Shown here one piece after another: positions 21,954 through 34,389 of a DNA stretch of 64,000 bases. Origin of the DNA: Chiloscyllium plagiosum (lineage: Eukaryota); NCBI RefSeq assembly GCF_004010195.1, contig NC_057719.1:86144056-86208055 (forward strand), read 5' to 3'. Each line of letters opens with the position of its first letter. Positions within the stretch are counted from its first letter, which is position 1. The notes beneath the pieces were generated by a model, which saw nothing but the letters and a program-made list of their open reading frames with translations, ran no database searches and had not been told where the DNA came from. The position numbers were made by a program, and so were the translations under genes.

Positions 21954-24723
21954 TTGTTTGCAGGAGACACATTTTTAAAGGTCTCTGATTTATTTTTTAA
22001 AACTCACAGCTCAGAGCAATGGACCAGGGAAGATAAACTGGCTATCTTCAGTCTCGAGATGCTTTTTACTCCAGAGTGAAAGCAAATCATCTTTCAGATG
22101 TCCGATAATTTTTGACCTGAACAAACTGTTCAGCTATTTGGCAGCCAATTGCATAATTATTGGCAGTCAGGAGGCCTCTGTCATCAATAACTGGTCAATA
22201 TTCCACAGACCAATCAGCTACTTGTTGCCAGACAAATCGCCATTCATACACAGCACAGTGGTTCCAGCTTGTCTGCAACGAGACTTGTACACTGTTTGAA
22301 CAGTATAAACAGCAAGTACAAAGAGTGTCAGGTAACTTGTATCCTAAACGTGTCGTAAAACTTCAACAATTCTTGGATTTTCAAACAGACCTTTTTCTAT
22401 TTCAGTCCATGATCCAAACTATAGAAAAATGTAAATATGTAGCCTTTTTGTATGGTATTTGTTGCTCATTCCTAAATTTCCTTGAGAAGGTGGTGAGCTG
22501 CCTTCTTGAACTGCTGCAGTCCACCCAGTGTTGGTCCACTGATAGTGCTATGAGAAAGCAGGTTCCAGGATTTTAAACTAGGAAAAGTGAAGGTTGGGTG
22601 ATGTAGTTCTTTGTCAAACTGTCAGGTGATATGGAGGAGAGCTTGCAGGTTGTAGTGTTCCCATGTTTGCTGTTTTCATCATTCTAGGTGGCACAGATGA
22701 TAGTTTGGAGAGTGTGACAGAGAAGCGTTGGCAGGTTGTTGCAGTGTATCTTGTATATGGTCCTACTATCACTGTTTGTCGTTGGTGAAGGGTGAAAATG
22801 TTTAAGGTAGTGGATGAGGTATTAACTAGTCTGGCTGCTTTCTCCTAGATTGTGTCAAGTTTCCTAACTGCTTTGGAACCACACTTACTAAGGCAAGTGG
22901 AGAGAGCCAGCAGCAGGAGGAGCGGGAGCAACATCCAGGGGGCTGCAGGGAAGGTGAATCACTAATTTAAAAACTTACCTCGTGAATAGGCAGAGTGCAC
23001 ACTGAGCAGGAGCGGACCTGAGCCTGCTGTGTCAGTGAAGTCATATATTTGGGTGGTTGCATTACCCGAAACACTTCTTAGGTAGTGTCTTCCACCCATC
23101 CTCCTCCGTACTATACACCAGATTGGTAAGGTAACTAGTTTTTTTTTGTTCTTTATTTTTCAATAGTCTCTTTGGGAATTTAGAATATTGGGAATGCAGG
23201 TGAGGGCAGTGGAATGTCCTCCTGCAGGATGTGGGAGATAAGGTCACCACAAGGTGCCCCTGTTGACTTCATCTGTGAGAAGTGCACCCAACGCCAGTTC
23301 CTCGAAAACCGCATTAAGGAATTGGAGCTGGATGAACTTCAGATCACTCGGGAGGCGGAGAGGGATTCTGAGAGGAAGTACAGGGAGACAGTCACACTTC
23401 AGGTACAACACAAAGACGGATGAGTTACAGTCAGGGGACGAAAAGAGAACTGGCAGGCAGTGCAGGTAGATGGTCCTACTATCACTGTTCATCGTTGGTG
23501 AAGGGTAAAAATGTTTAAGGTAGTTGATGGGGTATTAGTTAGTCTGGCTGCTTTCCCCTAGATTGTGTCAAGGTTGGCAGTGTGGCCATTCCGCGCAATA
23601 ACAAGTATCCCATTTTGGATACTGTTGGGGATAAGCCATGTGGTACAGGTCACTGGCACAGAGTCTATCCCTGTTGCTCAGAAGGGAAGCGGGAAGAAGA
23701 GCAGAGCATTAACTATGGAGTCCCCAATGACTAATGAGACAGATAGGAGATTCTGTGGGAATGAGACAGACTCACGGTTGGTGTGTTGCGTCCCAGGTGC
23801 CAGGGTTCGTGATGTCTTGGATCGTGTTTTCGGGATCCTTCAAGGGAGGGGGAGGGGGAGTAGCTCCAAATCGTGGTCCACATAGGCACTAATGACATAG
23901 GTAGGAAAGGGATGGGGATTTAAGGGCAGAAATTCAGGGAGCGAAGGTGGAAGCTGAGAGCTAGAACAAACAGAGTTGTTATCTCTGGTTTGTTACTTGT
24001 GCCACATGCTGGTGAGGTGAGGAATAGGGAGAGAGAGGAGTTGAACACATGGCTACAAAGATGGTGCAAGATGGAGGTTTTCGGATATCTGGATAATTGG
24101 GGCTCAGTCTGGGGTAAGTGGGACCTTTACAAACAGGATGGTCTACACCTGAACCAAAGGGGTTCCAATATCCTGGGGGGGAAATTAGGTAATACTCTTC
24201 AGGAGTGTTTAAACTAATTCAGCAGGCAGATGGGAACCAAAATTGTAATTCCAGTGTCCAGGAGGTTGGGAGTAGTGAGGTCAGAAATAAGGTTTCAAGG
24301 TCACAAGAGTGCACCAGCAAGCAGGAAGATGGTTTGAAGTGTGTCTACTTTAAAGACAGGAGCATCCGGAATAAGGTGGGTGAACTTGCAGCATGGGTTG
24401 GTACCTGGGACTTCGATATTGTGACCATTTCGGAGATATGGGCAGAGCAGGGACAGAAATGGTTTCGGAAGCTGGATGTTTTAGTAAGAACAGAGAAGAT
24501 AGTAAAAGAGGGGGAGGTGTGGCATTGTTAGTCAAGGACAATATTATGGTGGCACTAAGGATGTTTGAGGACTTGTCTACTGAGGTAATGGGCTGAGATT
24601 AGAAACAGGAAAGGACAGGTTACCTTGTTGGAAGTTTTCTAAAGGCATCCGAATAATTCCAGAGATGTAGAGGAAAGGAAAGCAAATATTATTCTGGAAA
24701 GTCGCGAGATTAACAGGGTAGTT

Positions 24724-25017
24724 TAGATTAGATTACTTACAGAGTGGAAACAGGCCCTTCGGCCCAACAAGTCCACACCGACCCGCCGAAGCGCAACCCA
24801 CCCATACCCCTACATTTACCCCTTACCTAACACTACGGGCAATTTAGTATGGCCAATTCACCTGATCTGCACATCTTTGGACTGTGGGAGGAAACCCACA
24901 CAGACACGGGGAGAATGTGCAAACTCCACACAATCAGTCGCCTGAGGCGGGAATTGAACCTGGGTCTCTGGCGCTGTGAGGCAGCAGTGCTAACCACTGT
25001 GCCACCGTGCCGCCCAC
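24724..25017 (-). mobile_element. Young HE1-type V-SINE inside the CR1 endonuclease region
   Basis: Full head (GGGCGGCACGGTGGCACAGTGGTTAGCAC, B-box GGTTCAATTCC) and (AATCT)n tail; CpGs retained. Confidence 0.95.
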
Positions 25018-25467
25018 TAATTGTTATGGGGGACTATAACTTTCCAAATATTGACTGGAAAAACCATAATTCAAGTACTTTAGATGGGTCAGTTTTTAAT
25101 CCAATGTGTGCAGGAGGGTTGCCTGACACAGTATTTAAACAGGCCAACAAGGGGCAAAGCCACATTGGATTTGGTACTGGGTAAAGAACCAGGCCAGGTA
25201 TTAGATGTGGAGGTAGGTGAGCACTTTGGTGATAGTGACCACAGTTTGGTCATGTTTACTTTAGTGATGGAAAGGCATAGGTGTATACTGCAGGGCGAGA
25301 GTTATAGATGGGGCAAAGGCAATTATGATGGGATTAGGCAAGATTTAGGATGCATGAGATGGGGAAGGAAACTGCAGGGGATGGGCACAATTGAAATGTG
25401 GAGCTTATTCAAGGACCAGTTACAGTGTGTCCTTGATAAGTATGTACCTGTCAGACAGGGAGGAAAT

Positions 25468-26391
25468 GGTGATAAACGGCTCCATTTCGGAATGGCAGGC
25501 AGTGACCAGTGGGGTACTGCAGGGATCAGTGCTGGGACCGCAGTTTTTTACAATATATGTTAATGATATAGAAGATGGTATTAGTAATAACATTAGCAAA
25601 TTTGCTGATGNNNNNNNNNNNNNNNNNNGTAAAGGGGCAGTACAGAGAGATCTGGGTGTTCTTGTACACCAGTCAATGAAGGCAAGCATGCAGATACAGC
25701 AGGTAGTGAAGAAAGGCTAATAGCATGCTGGCCTTTATAACAAGAGGGATTGAGTATAGAAGCAAAGAGGTTCTTCTGCAGCTATACAGGGCCCTGGTGA
25801 GACCACACCTGGAGTATTGTGTGCAGCTCTAGTCACCAAATTTAAGGAAAGACATTCTGGCTATTGAGTGCAGCGTAGGTTCACGAGGTCAATTCCTGGA
25901 ATGGCGGGATTACCTTATGCTGAAAGACTGGAGCGACTGGGCTTGTATACCCTTGAGTTTAGAAGACTGAGAGAGGATCTGATTGAGACATATAAGATTA
26001 TTAAAGGATTGGACACTCTGGAGGCAGGAAACATGTTTCCGCCGATGGGTGAGTGCCGAACCAGAGGACACAGCTTAAAAATACGGGGTAGACCATTTAG
26101 GACAGAGATGAGGAGAAACTTCTTCACTCAGAGAGTGGTGGCTGTGTGGAATGCCAGAGGGCAGTGGAGGCCAAGTCTCTGGATTCATTTAAGAAAGAGT
26201 TGGATAGAGCTCTCAAGGATAGTGGAATCAAGGGTTGTGGAGATAAAGCAGGAACAGGATACTGATTATATTGAATGGTGGTGCAGGCTCGAAGGGCAGA
26301 ATGGCCTACTCCAGCATCTATTGTTAGCCATGATCATATTGAATGGTGGTGCAGGCTCGAAGGGCAGAATGGCCTACTCCAGCATCTATTG
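25468..26391 (+). mobile_element. 5'-truncated CR1 of a different subfamily nested in the host CR1, with a tandemly duplicated 3' end
   Basis: Abrupt switch to RT-region peptide VINGSISEWQAVTSGVLQGSVLGP. The segment attgaatggtggtgcaggctcgaagggcagaatggcctactccagcatctattg occurs twice (about 26270-26323 and 26338-26391). The host resumes at about 26392. Confidence 0.9.
25611..25628. other. Assembly gap (18 N)
   Basis: Run of N. The flanks (FAD... and GAVQRDLGV) suggest more LINE sequence is missing than 18 nt. Confidence 0.99.
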
Positions 26392-26827
26392 AGTGAAGTA
26401 GCCGTGGTTTACTAAAGAAGTTAAGAGGAAGAAGGCGGCTTGTGTTAGAATGAGACGTGAGGGCTCAGTTAGGGCGCTTGAGAGTTACAAATTAGCCAGG
26501 AAAGACCTAAAGAGAGAGCTAAGAAGAGCCAGGAGAGGACATGAGAAGTCATTGGAAGATAGCATCAAGGAAAACCCTGAAGCTTTCTATTGAGACATTC
26601 GGAATAAAAGAATAACTAGAGTAAAATCAGGGCAAAGCAAGGGCAGTACTGGGAAGTCGTGTGTGGTGTCCGAGATGGGGAAGCACTAAATGAATATTTT
26701 TCATCAGTATTCACATCAGAAAAAGACAATGTTGTCGAGGAGAATACTGAGATACAGGCTACTAGACAAGACGGAATTGAGGTTCACAAGGAGGAGGTTT
26801 TAGCAATTCTGGAAAGTGTGAAAATAG

Positions 26828-27157
26828 TGGGCGGCACAGTGGTTAGCACTGCTGCCTCACAGCGCCAGAGACCCGGGTTCAATTCCCGCCTCAGGCGACT
26901 GACTGTGTGGAGTTTGCACGTTCTCCCCATGTCTGCGTGGGTTTCCTCCGGGTGCCCCCGGTTTCCTCCCACAGTCCAAAGATGTGCAGGGTCAGGTGAA
27001 TTGGCCATACTAAATCGCCCGTAGTGTTAGGTAAGGAGTAAATGTAGGGGTATGGGTGGGTTTCGCTTCGGCGGCTCGGTGTGGACTTGTTGGGCCGAAG
27101 GGCCTGTTTCCACACTGTAATCTAAATCTAAATCTAAGACCAAATCTAAAAAATCTA
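26828..27157 (+). mobile_element. Young HE1-type V-SINE inside CR1 ORF2
   Basis: gtgggcggcacagtggttagcactgctgcctcacagcgcc...gggttcaattccc...(aatcta)n; interrupts host aaaatag|ataagtc. Confidence 0.95.
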
Positions 27158-28691
27158 AGATAAGTCACCTGGGCCAGATGGGATTTATCCTAGGAGTCTC
27201 TGGGAAGCAAGGGAGGAGATTGCATGGCCTTTGGCTTTGATCTTTATGTCGTCATTGTCTACAGGAAAAGTGCCAGAAGACTGGAGGACAGCAAATGTTT
27301 TCCCCTTGTTCAAGAAGGGGAGTAGAGACAACCCTGGTAATTATAGACCAGTGAGCCTTACTTCGGTTGTGGGTAAAGTGTTGAAAAAGGTTGTAAGAAA
27401 TAGGATTTATAAACATCTAGAGAGGAATGAGTTGATTAGGCATAGTCAACATGGTAGGTAGGTCGTGCCTCACAAACCTTATTGAGTTCTTTGAGAAGGT
27501 GACCAAACAGGTGGATGAGGATAAAGTGGTTGATGTGGTGTATATAGATTTCAATAAGGCACTTGATAAGGTTCCCCACAGTAGGCTAATTGCAGAAAAT
27601 ATGAAGGCATGGGATTGAGGGTGATTTAGTGGTTTGGATCAGAAATTGGCTAGCTGAAAGAAGACAGAGGGTGGTGGTTGATGAGAAATGTTCATCCTGG
27701 TGTTCAGTTACTATTGGCATGCTGCAAGGATCTGTTTTGGGGCCATTGCTGTTTGTCATTTTTATAAATGATCTGGATGAGGGCATAGAAGGATGGGTTA
27801 GTAAATTTGTGGATGACACTAAGATAGATGGAGTTGTGGGTAGTGCCGAAGGACGTTGCAGGTTACAGAGGGACATAGATAAGCTGTAGACCTGGACTGA
27901 GAGGTGTCAAATGAAGTTTAATGCAGAAAAGTGTGAGCTGATTCACTTTGGAGGAAGTAACAGGAGTAAAGAGTAATGGGCTAATGGTAAGATTCTTGGC
28001 AGTGTAGATGAGCAGAGAGATCTTGGTGTTCATATACATGGATCCCTGAAAGTTGTCAGTTAGGTTGAAAGGGTTGTTAAGAAGGCATATGGTGTGTTAG
28101 CGTTTATTGGTAGAGGGATTGAGTTTTGGAGTCATGTGGTCATCTTGCAAAACTCTGGTGTAGCTTGGAGTATTGCATATGGTTCTGGTCATCACATTAC
28201 AGGAAGGATGCGGAAATGTTGGAAAGGGTTCAGGGGAGAGTTAGTGGGATGTCGCTGGGTATGGACGGAAAGTCTTATGAGGAAAGGCTGAGGGACTTGA
28301 GGCTGTTTTCATTTGAGAGAAGAAGGTTGAGAGTTGACTTAATTGAGACATATAAGATAATCAGAGGGTTAGATAAGGTGGACAGTGAGAGCCTTTTTTG
28401 TCAGACGGCGATCACAAGCATGAGGGGACATAGCTATAAATTGAAGGGTGATAGACATAGGAAAGATATCAGAGATAGTTTCTTTACTCAGAGAGTAGTA
28501 GGGGCGTGGAACACCCTGCCTGCAACAGTAGTAGACTCGCCCAGTATAAGGGCATTTAAATGGTAAATGGATAAGCATATGGATGAAAATGGAATAGTGT
28601 AGGTTAGATGGACTTTAGATTAATTTCACACGTTGATGCAACATCGAGGGCCGAAGGGCCTGTACTTCACAGTAATGTTCTATTTTCAATA

Positions 28692-29500
28692 TATTATGTT
28701 TGTGGCTCGCTGGAAGCATAAATAGAATACAAAGTAGGCGGAGGGTAAACTTGAACAGGGAATATTTTATTTTAGGTCTCTCAGATTCACAGTTGGTTTC
28801 AGACATCCCCACAGCTCTCACTTACGAGTCATCTGACCCATTCTCTTAAAAGGGGCAGCACACACCCAGCTACATACATAACACACACCCTCTCCTTTAT
28901 TTCAGTACTCTCCTTAACTATTGGATATATACAACAATTATAACTATTATTCAGGCATTGTAGCTAACGGATGTACATTGTCAGGAATATATATGGAAAA
29001 GACAAAAAAAGTAAATGGCCTTTCTGTAATTTACCTGAACATGATCAGTCTCTCGGGGGTTGGCAATTCCTAGAAGACCATTTGTTTGCCTCAGGAACCT
29101 TTTCTAATATTGTCTCTTGGGCTTCCGGAAGCTCCTGTAGTTCCACAGATACACCCCTCTCTGATGGGTTGCTGTTGCCCTGTGACGCTGCTGTGGTCTC
29201 CTCCATGGCTATGGTCAACCCTGGCGCAGAGACAATGACTGGTTGACACCACTGGTCTCATCTGGACCAGCTCCATATTCTGAGGGACCTCCTCTCATTG
29301 GTGAGGTGTGGCAACCAGCTTGTCTGCATATCTCCTGCAGACCAGTTCATCCTTAGTTTGCACCACATATGACAATGGTCCTGTTTGAGCCATCACTGCT
29401 GTTGGGACCCATTTTCCCCCAGGTATATAATTTTGGGCCAACATGCTCTCTCCTCTTAGGAATACCCTTCTGACCATCTGTCGTTCTTAATTTCACTCTA
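28692..29500 (-). mobile_element. Gypsy LTR-retrotransposon 3' relic: integrase C-terminus, PPT and short 3' LTR (about 28692-28883)
   Basis: Peptide RVFLRGESMLAQNYIPGGKWVPTAVMAQTGPLSYVVQTKDELVCRRYADKL (Gypsy IN C-terminus). Purine tract aaaggagaggg followed by TGTTATG..., with AATAAA inside the LTR. Confidence 0.7.
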
Positions 29501-30544
29501 CCACCTCTCTGGTCCCTTGTGGGCTCAACAAATTCAGCATGGTTCTCAGCTGGCAGTTGACCATTAAGGACATGAAGGCGAGCAAAAATATTGCTTTTGG
29601 CAGCAAAAGAAGTGTGTGTGGGGGGGGGGAATTCAGGACTGAACAGCATCAAGAGTTTCTTGAGTTAAGAAAGTTCTGTCTGGTAACAGTTCTCTGATTG
29701 GTTAACCTGCCAAAGTGTTGAAAAAGCTGTAAGTGCGAAGAGCAGCAGAAAGTGTCCCAGAAAAAAAGACAGGAAACCCAAGAAAGCTTAAAAGGGTTCA
29801 CAATTTAAACATAAATGAAACTACAACACTCAGCATCTCAGTGAATTTCTTTTCACAACTAAGAGAAACTACACATTTGATAGGTTTGCATGGTACAAGT
29901 GCACAATCCTAAAGATGACGTTAGGTTGAACACCTCTCAGGTATCTCAAACACACACACCATAGAATGCTTTAGTGTCGTTCACTAGCTGTTTAACGATA
30001 CTGGATCACCTTATATTCAAAACTCTTCAGCACCTAACTTCCCACATATCACGTTTAGGATATCTGGTCGGCATAACGGGTCTGCTTCCATGTTGTACAT
30101 CTCTATGACTCTGTTTTCCCGAGTGCAGAAAACTTTATTCATATTCCACCTCCAGCAAGAAAAAACACCCGAGTGGCCAGTGACAAGCAGTGCCAATCTC
30201 TTTAGAGGCAATACCTATGAGATCGAAAAAGTGAAGGGGAGGGTAGGGATTAAATCAAAATAGAATTGGAGGAGGAAATAAAACACTTTATGTCCCGCGG
30301 GACTCACCTCTCCCTGAAAACTTCAAGACTGTTGGTAGACACCACGTGCTCCTTCTCCAGGATACCCGGTCCCGAACGTAACCGCGAAAGATGACAGACA
30401 GACCTGGAGCAGACCCACGAGAAGATCTCTATGACTCTACAACATTGAAGTCTCTTGGGGAAGCTTCTCTACAACATGATACTTGGAACAAACTCAGCAC
30501 TTTACCTCAGTCCTGTGATTTCATATTAAAAGGCTTCTGAAAAT

Positions 30545-33270
30545 TTAGAACATAGAACATTACAGTGCAGAATAGGCCCTTCGGCCCTCAACGTTGTGCC
30601 AACCTTTGGAACCAATCTGAAGCCCATCTAACCTACACTATTCCATTATCATCCATATATCCAATGACCATTTAAATGCCCCCAAAGTTGCTGAGTCTAC
30701 TACTGTTGCAGGCAGTGCTTTCCACACCCCAATTACTCTCTGAGTAAAGAAACTATCTCTGTCATCTGTCTTATATCCATCACCGTTCAATTTAAAGCTA
30801 TGTCCACTCATGCTAGCCATCGCCATCTGAGGAAAAAGGGTCTTACTGTCCAACCTATCTAACCGTCTGATTATCTTACATGTCTCAATTAAGTCAGCTC
30901 TCAACCTTCTTCTCCAACAAAAACAGTCTCAAGTCCCTCAGCCTTTCCTCGTAAGACCTTACCTCCATTCTAGGCAACATCCTAACCACACCAGAGTTTT
31001 GCACAGCTGCATCATCCGAAACTCAATCCCTCTACCAATAAAAGCAAACAGATTGTATGTCTTCTTAACAACCTATCAACCTGGGTGGCAACTTTCAAGG
31101 ATCTATGTAGCAGGACACTGAGATCTCTCTGCTCATCTACAGTACCAAGAATCTTACCATTAGCCCAGTACTCTGCATTCCTGTTACTCCTTCCAAAGTG
31201 AATCACCCCACACTTTTCCACATTAAACTCCATTTGCCACCTCTCAGCCAAGCTTGGTAACTTATCTATGTCTCTCTGTAGCCTACAACATCCTTCATCA
31301 CTATCCACAACTCTACCTACCTTACTGTCATCTGTAAATTTACTAACCCATTCTTCTATGCCCTCATCCAGGTCATTTATATAAATGACAAACAGCAGTG
31401 GCCCCAAAACTGATCCTTGCAGTATCCCACTAGTAGCTGAACTCCAGGAGGAATATTTCCCATTGACCACCACCCTCTGTCTTCTTTCAGCTAGCCAATT
31501 TCTGATCTAAAAAGCGAAATCACACTCAATCCCATGCCTCCGTATTTTGTACAATAGCCTGCCGTGGGAAATCCATATAAACCATCCATATTCACTTCCC
31601 CTCATCGACCTGTTTAGTCACCTTCTCAAAGTATTCAATAAAGTTTGTGAGGTACGACCTACCCTTCACAAAACCGTGTTGACTCTCCCTAATCAACTTA
31701 TTCCTCTCTAGATGATTATGAATCCTATCTCTTATAACTCTTTCCAACACTTGACCCACAACGAAAGAAATGCTCACTGGTCTATAATTTCCAGGGTTGT
31801 GCTTACTCCCCTTCTTGAACAGGGGAACACCATTTGCTATCCTCCAGTCTTCTGGCACTATTACTGTAGACAATGATGACATAAAGATTAAAGCCAAAGG
31901 CTCTGCATTCTCCTCCCTAGCTTCCCAGAGAATCATACAGTAAGTCCCATCCGGCTGAGGGGACTTATCTATTTTTACACTTTCCAGAATTGCTAACACC
32001 TCTTCCTTGTGCATCTCAATCCCATCCAGTCTGGTAGCCTGTATCTCAGGATTCTCCTCGACAACATTGGTTTTTCTCATGTGAATACTGACGAGGAGTA
32101 TTCATTTAGCACTTTCCTACCTCCTCTGACTCCACGCACAACTTCCCACTACTATGCTTGATTGGCACTAATCTTATTCCAGTCATTCTTTTATTCCTGA
32201 TATAGCTATAGAAAACCTTATGGTTTTCTTTGATCCTATCCACCAATGACTTCTCATATCCTGTCCTGGCTGTTCTTAGCTCTCTCTTTAGGTCTTTGCT
32301 GGCTAACTTGTAACTTGTAACTTTCCTCATTCCTGAAGAAGGGCTAATATTCTCCTGTTCCCTAGATGCTGCCTGACCTGCTGCGCTTCTCCAGCAACAC
32401 ATTTCCATAACTTGTAACAGTCAAGCGCCCTAACTGAGCCACGACATCTCAAGCTAACATAAGCCTTCTTCTTCCTCTTGACAAGGGACTCAACTTACTT
32501 TGTAAACCATGGCTCCCATGCTTGACAACTTCCTCCCTGCCTGACTGGTACATACTTATCAAGGACCCGCAGTAGCTGGTCCTTGAATGAGCTCCACATT
32601 TCAATTGTGCCCATCCCCTGCAGTTTACTTCCCCATCTTATGCATCCTAAATCTTGCCTGATCACATTGTAATTGCCTTTCCCGCATCTATAATTCTTGC
32701 CCTGCAGTAAATACCTATCCCTTTCCATCATTAAAGTAAACATAACCGTTTTGTGGTCACTATCATCAAAGTGCTAACCTACCTCCAAATCTAACACCTG
32801 GCCAGGTTCATTACCCAGTACCAAATCGAACGTTGCCTCGCCCCTTGTTGACCTGTCAACTTACTGTGTCAGGAAACCCTCCTGCACACATTGGAAAAAA
32901 ACTGACCGATATAAAGTACTTGAACTATCGTATTCCCAGTCAATATTTGGAAAGTTAAAGTCCCCCATAATAACTACCCTGTCATGCTCGCTCCTATCGA
33001 GGATCATCTTTGCTATCCTATCCTCTACATCCCTGGAACAATTTGTAGGCCTATAGAAAACTCCCAACAGGGTAACCTCTCCTTTCCTGTTTCTAATCTC
33101 AGCCCATACTATCTCATTACGTCCTTTCTGCAACTGTAATACTGTCCTTGACTAACAGTGCCACACCACCTTTTTTTTCCCATTTTCTCTGTTCTTACTG
33201 AAACATCTAATTCTTGGAACCTGCAATAACCATTCCTGTCCCTGCTCTACTCATGTCTCTGAAATGACCT
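30545..33270 (-). mobile_element. 5'-truncated CR1/HER1 LINE, same family as 22905-28690; contains a Penelope terminal fragment at about 32320-32407
   Basis: ORF2 peptides in the ORF track ([56 protein letters not shown]) and an (atgttct)n tail. Confidence 0.95.
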
Positions 33271-34127
33271 AAACTTAATTTTATTTGGTAACTATACACA
33301 CACATGCGCATCAATGTGTAAAGAGTGCTGAGGCTGACGTTCACTGCTGCCGTCTGGAAAATGGGAGCAATAAAGACCACATTGTTTTATTTCCTTTCTT
33401 TTAGGACTGTGAGCCAAAAAAAGGAAGATACTGCTTTAATCAAATAAATGGCTGAAGTTTGAAAAACTTTGTCTGCTGGAGTGCACTTTGAGTTGCATAC
33501 AATGGTGCTTGCCACTGGAATAGTAAGAACAAAATACCATTAAGCTGTGAACAAAGCAGAATAATTGCTTGGCAACAACTTTTTGTTTGGCTCCTGACTG
33601 AGTGACCATGGCTTGTATGCAGTAGCGAATCATGTAGTCCACACATCGCAAGTATCAAAATATCTCTCTTGTGGAGGGACCAAAAAGTCTCCAGTAGCAG
33701 CTGTATTCCACTCATTTTTCTCCGCAAATTCCCTACTGTTTGATGAAAAAAAGGTATTTTAAAGACACTGGAATGATGAAGACAGAGTAAAGGAGAGCAG
33801 GAATGTTTGAGTATTATTTTCTTTCTCTTCAACAGCCAAGCCTCAAAAAACTGATTTAAAAGGAACAGAAAAAAAACCCCCTCTAATTCCTGTAGTTCAG
33901 ACTAATGTTTTTGAACTGTTTTCCCTAATTTCTTTTTCTTTAATTTGCTTCTTTTCTGTCTCAGTGTGTCTATCTGTTTGTGAAATGGGATGGAGTTTAA
34001 AGAATAGATAGAATTTCAGTTTAAGAGATATAATTTAGCAATATAATGTTTCGCAATTGCCATTTGCTAAAGACAATTTGTTCATAATAAGTTACTTTCT
34101 TGTTAAGTGCAGGAACCTGGTGAATGT

Positions 34128-34330
34128 CCAGGCTCTGGCCCAGAAGGCAGTGGAGGCCAAGTCTCTGGATACTTTCAAGAAAGAGATGGATAGAGCTCTT
34201 AAAGATAGTGGAATCAAGGGTTATGTGGATAAGACAGGAACAGGATACTGATTGTGGATGATCAGCCATGATCATAATGAACAGTGATGCTGGCTCGAAG
34301 GGCCGAATGGCCTCCTCCTGCACCTATTGT
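34128..34330 (+). mobile_element. CR1 3' end, same subfamily as 25468-26391
   Basis: gcagtggaggccaagtctctggat...gatagtggaatcaagggtt...cacctattgtc. Confidence 0.85.
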
Positions 34331-34389
34331 CTTGTTTTAACCTGAATTCATCAATTAGGCAAATTGGGGACTTTAGATCGTTGGCTCAC

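Larger units (their letters stand above)
22905..28690 (+). mobile_element. Near full-length decayed CR1/HER1 LINE (ORF1 zinc finger + esterase; ORF2 endonuclease + RT) with nested insertions
   Basis: ORF1 starts at about 23194 (C.SCRMWE...FICEKC; VCC.PGARV.DV; LYKQDGLHLNQRG). ORF2 motifs [59 protein letters not shown]. 3' tail at about 28685. Many frameshifts and stops. Confidence 0.95.

Noticed and set aside
24950..25017. tRNA-like sequence with A and B boxes (also at 26828 and about 50560)
   Set aside because: These are heads of HE1 SINEs, not tRNA genes.
33436..33832. 130-aa ORF on minus
   Set aside because: No recognisable domain or splice signals; the flanking sequence looks like a decayed LTR element.
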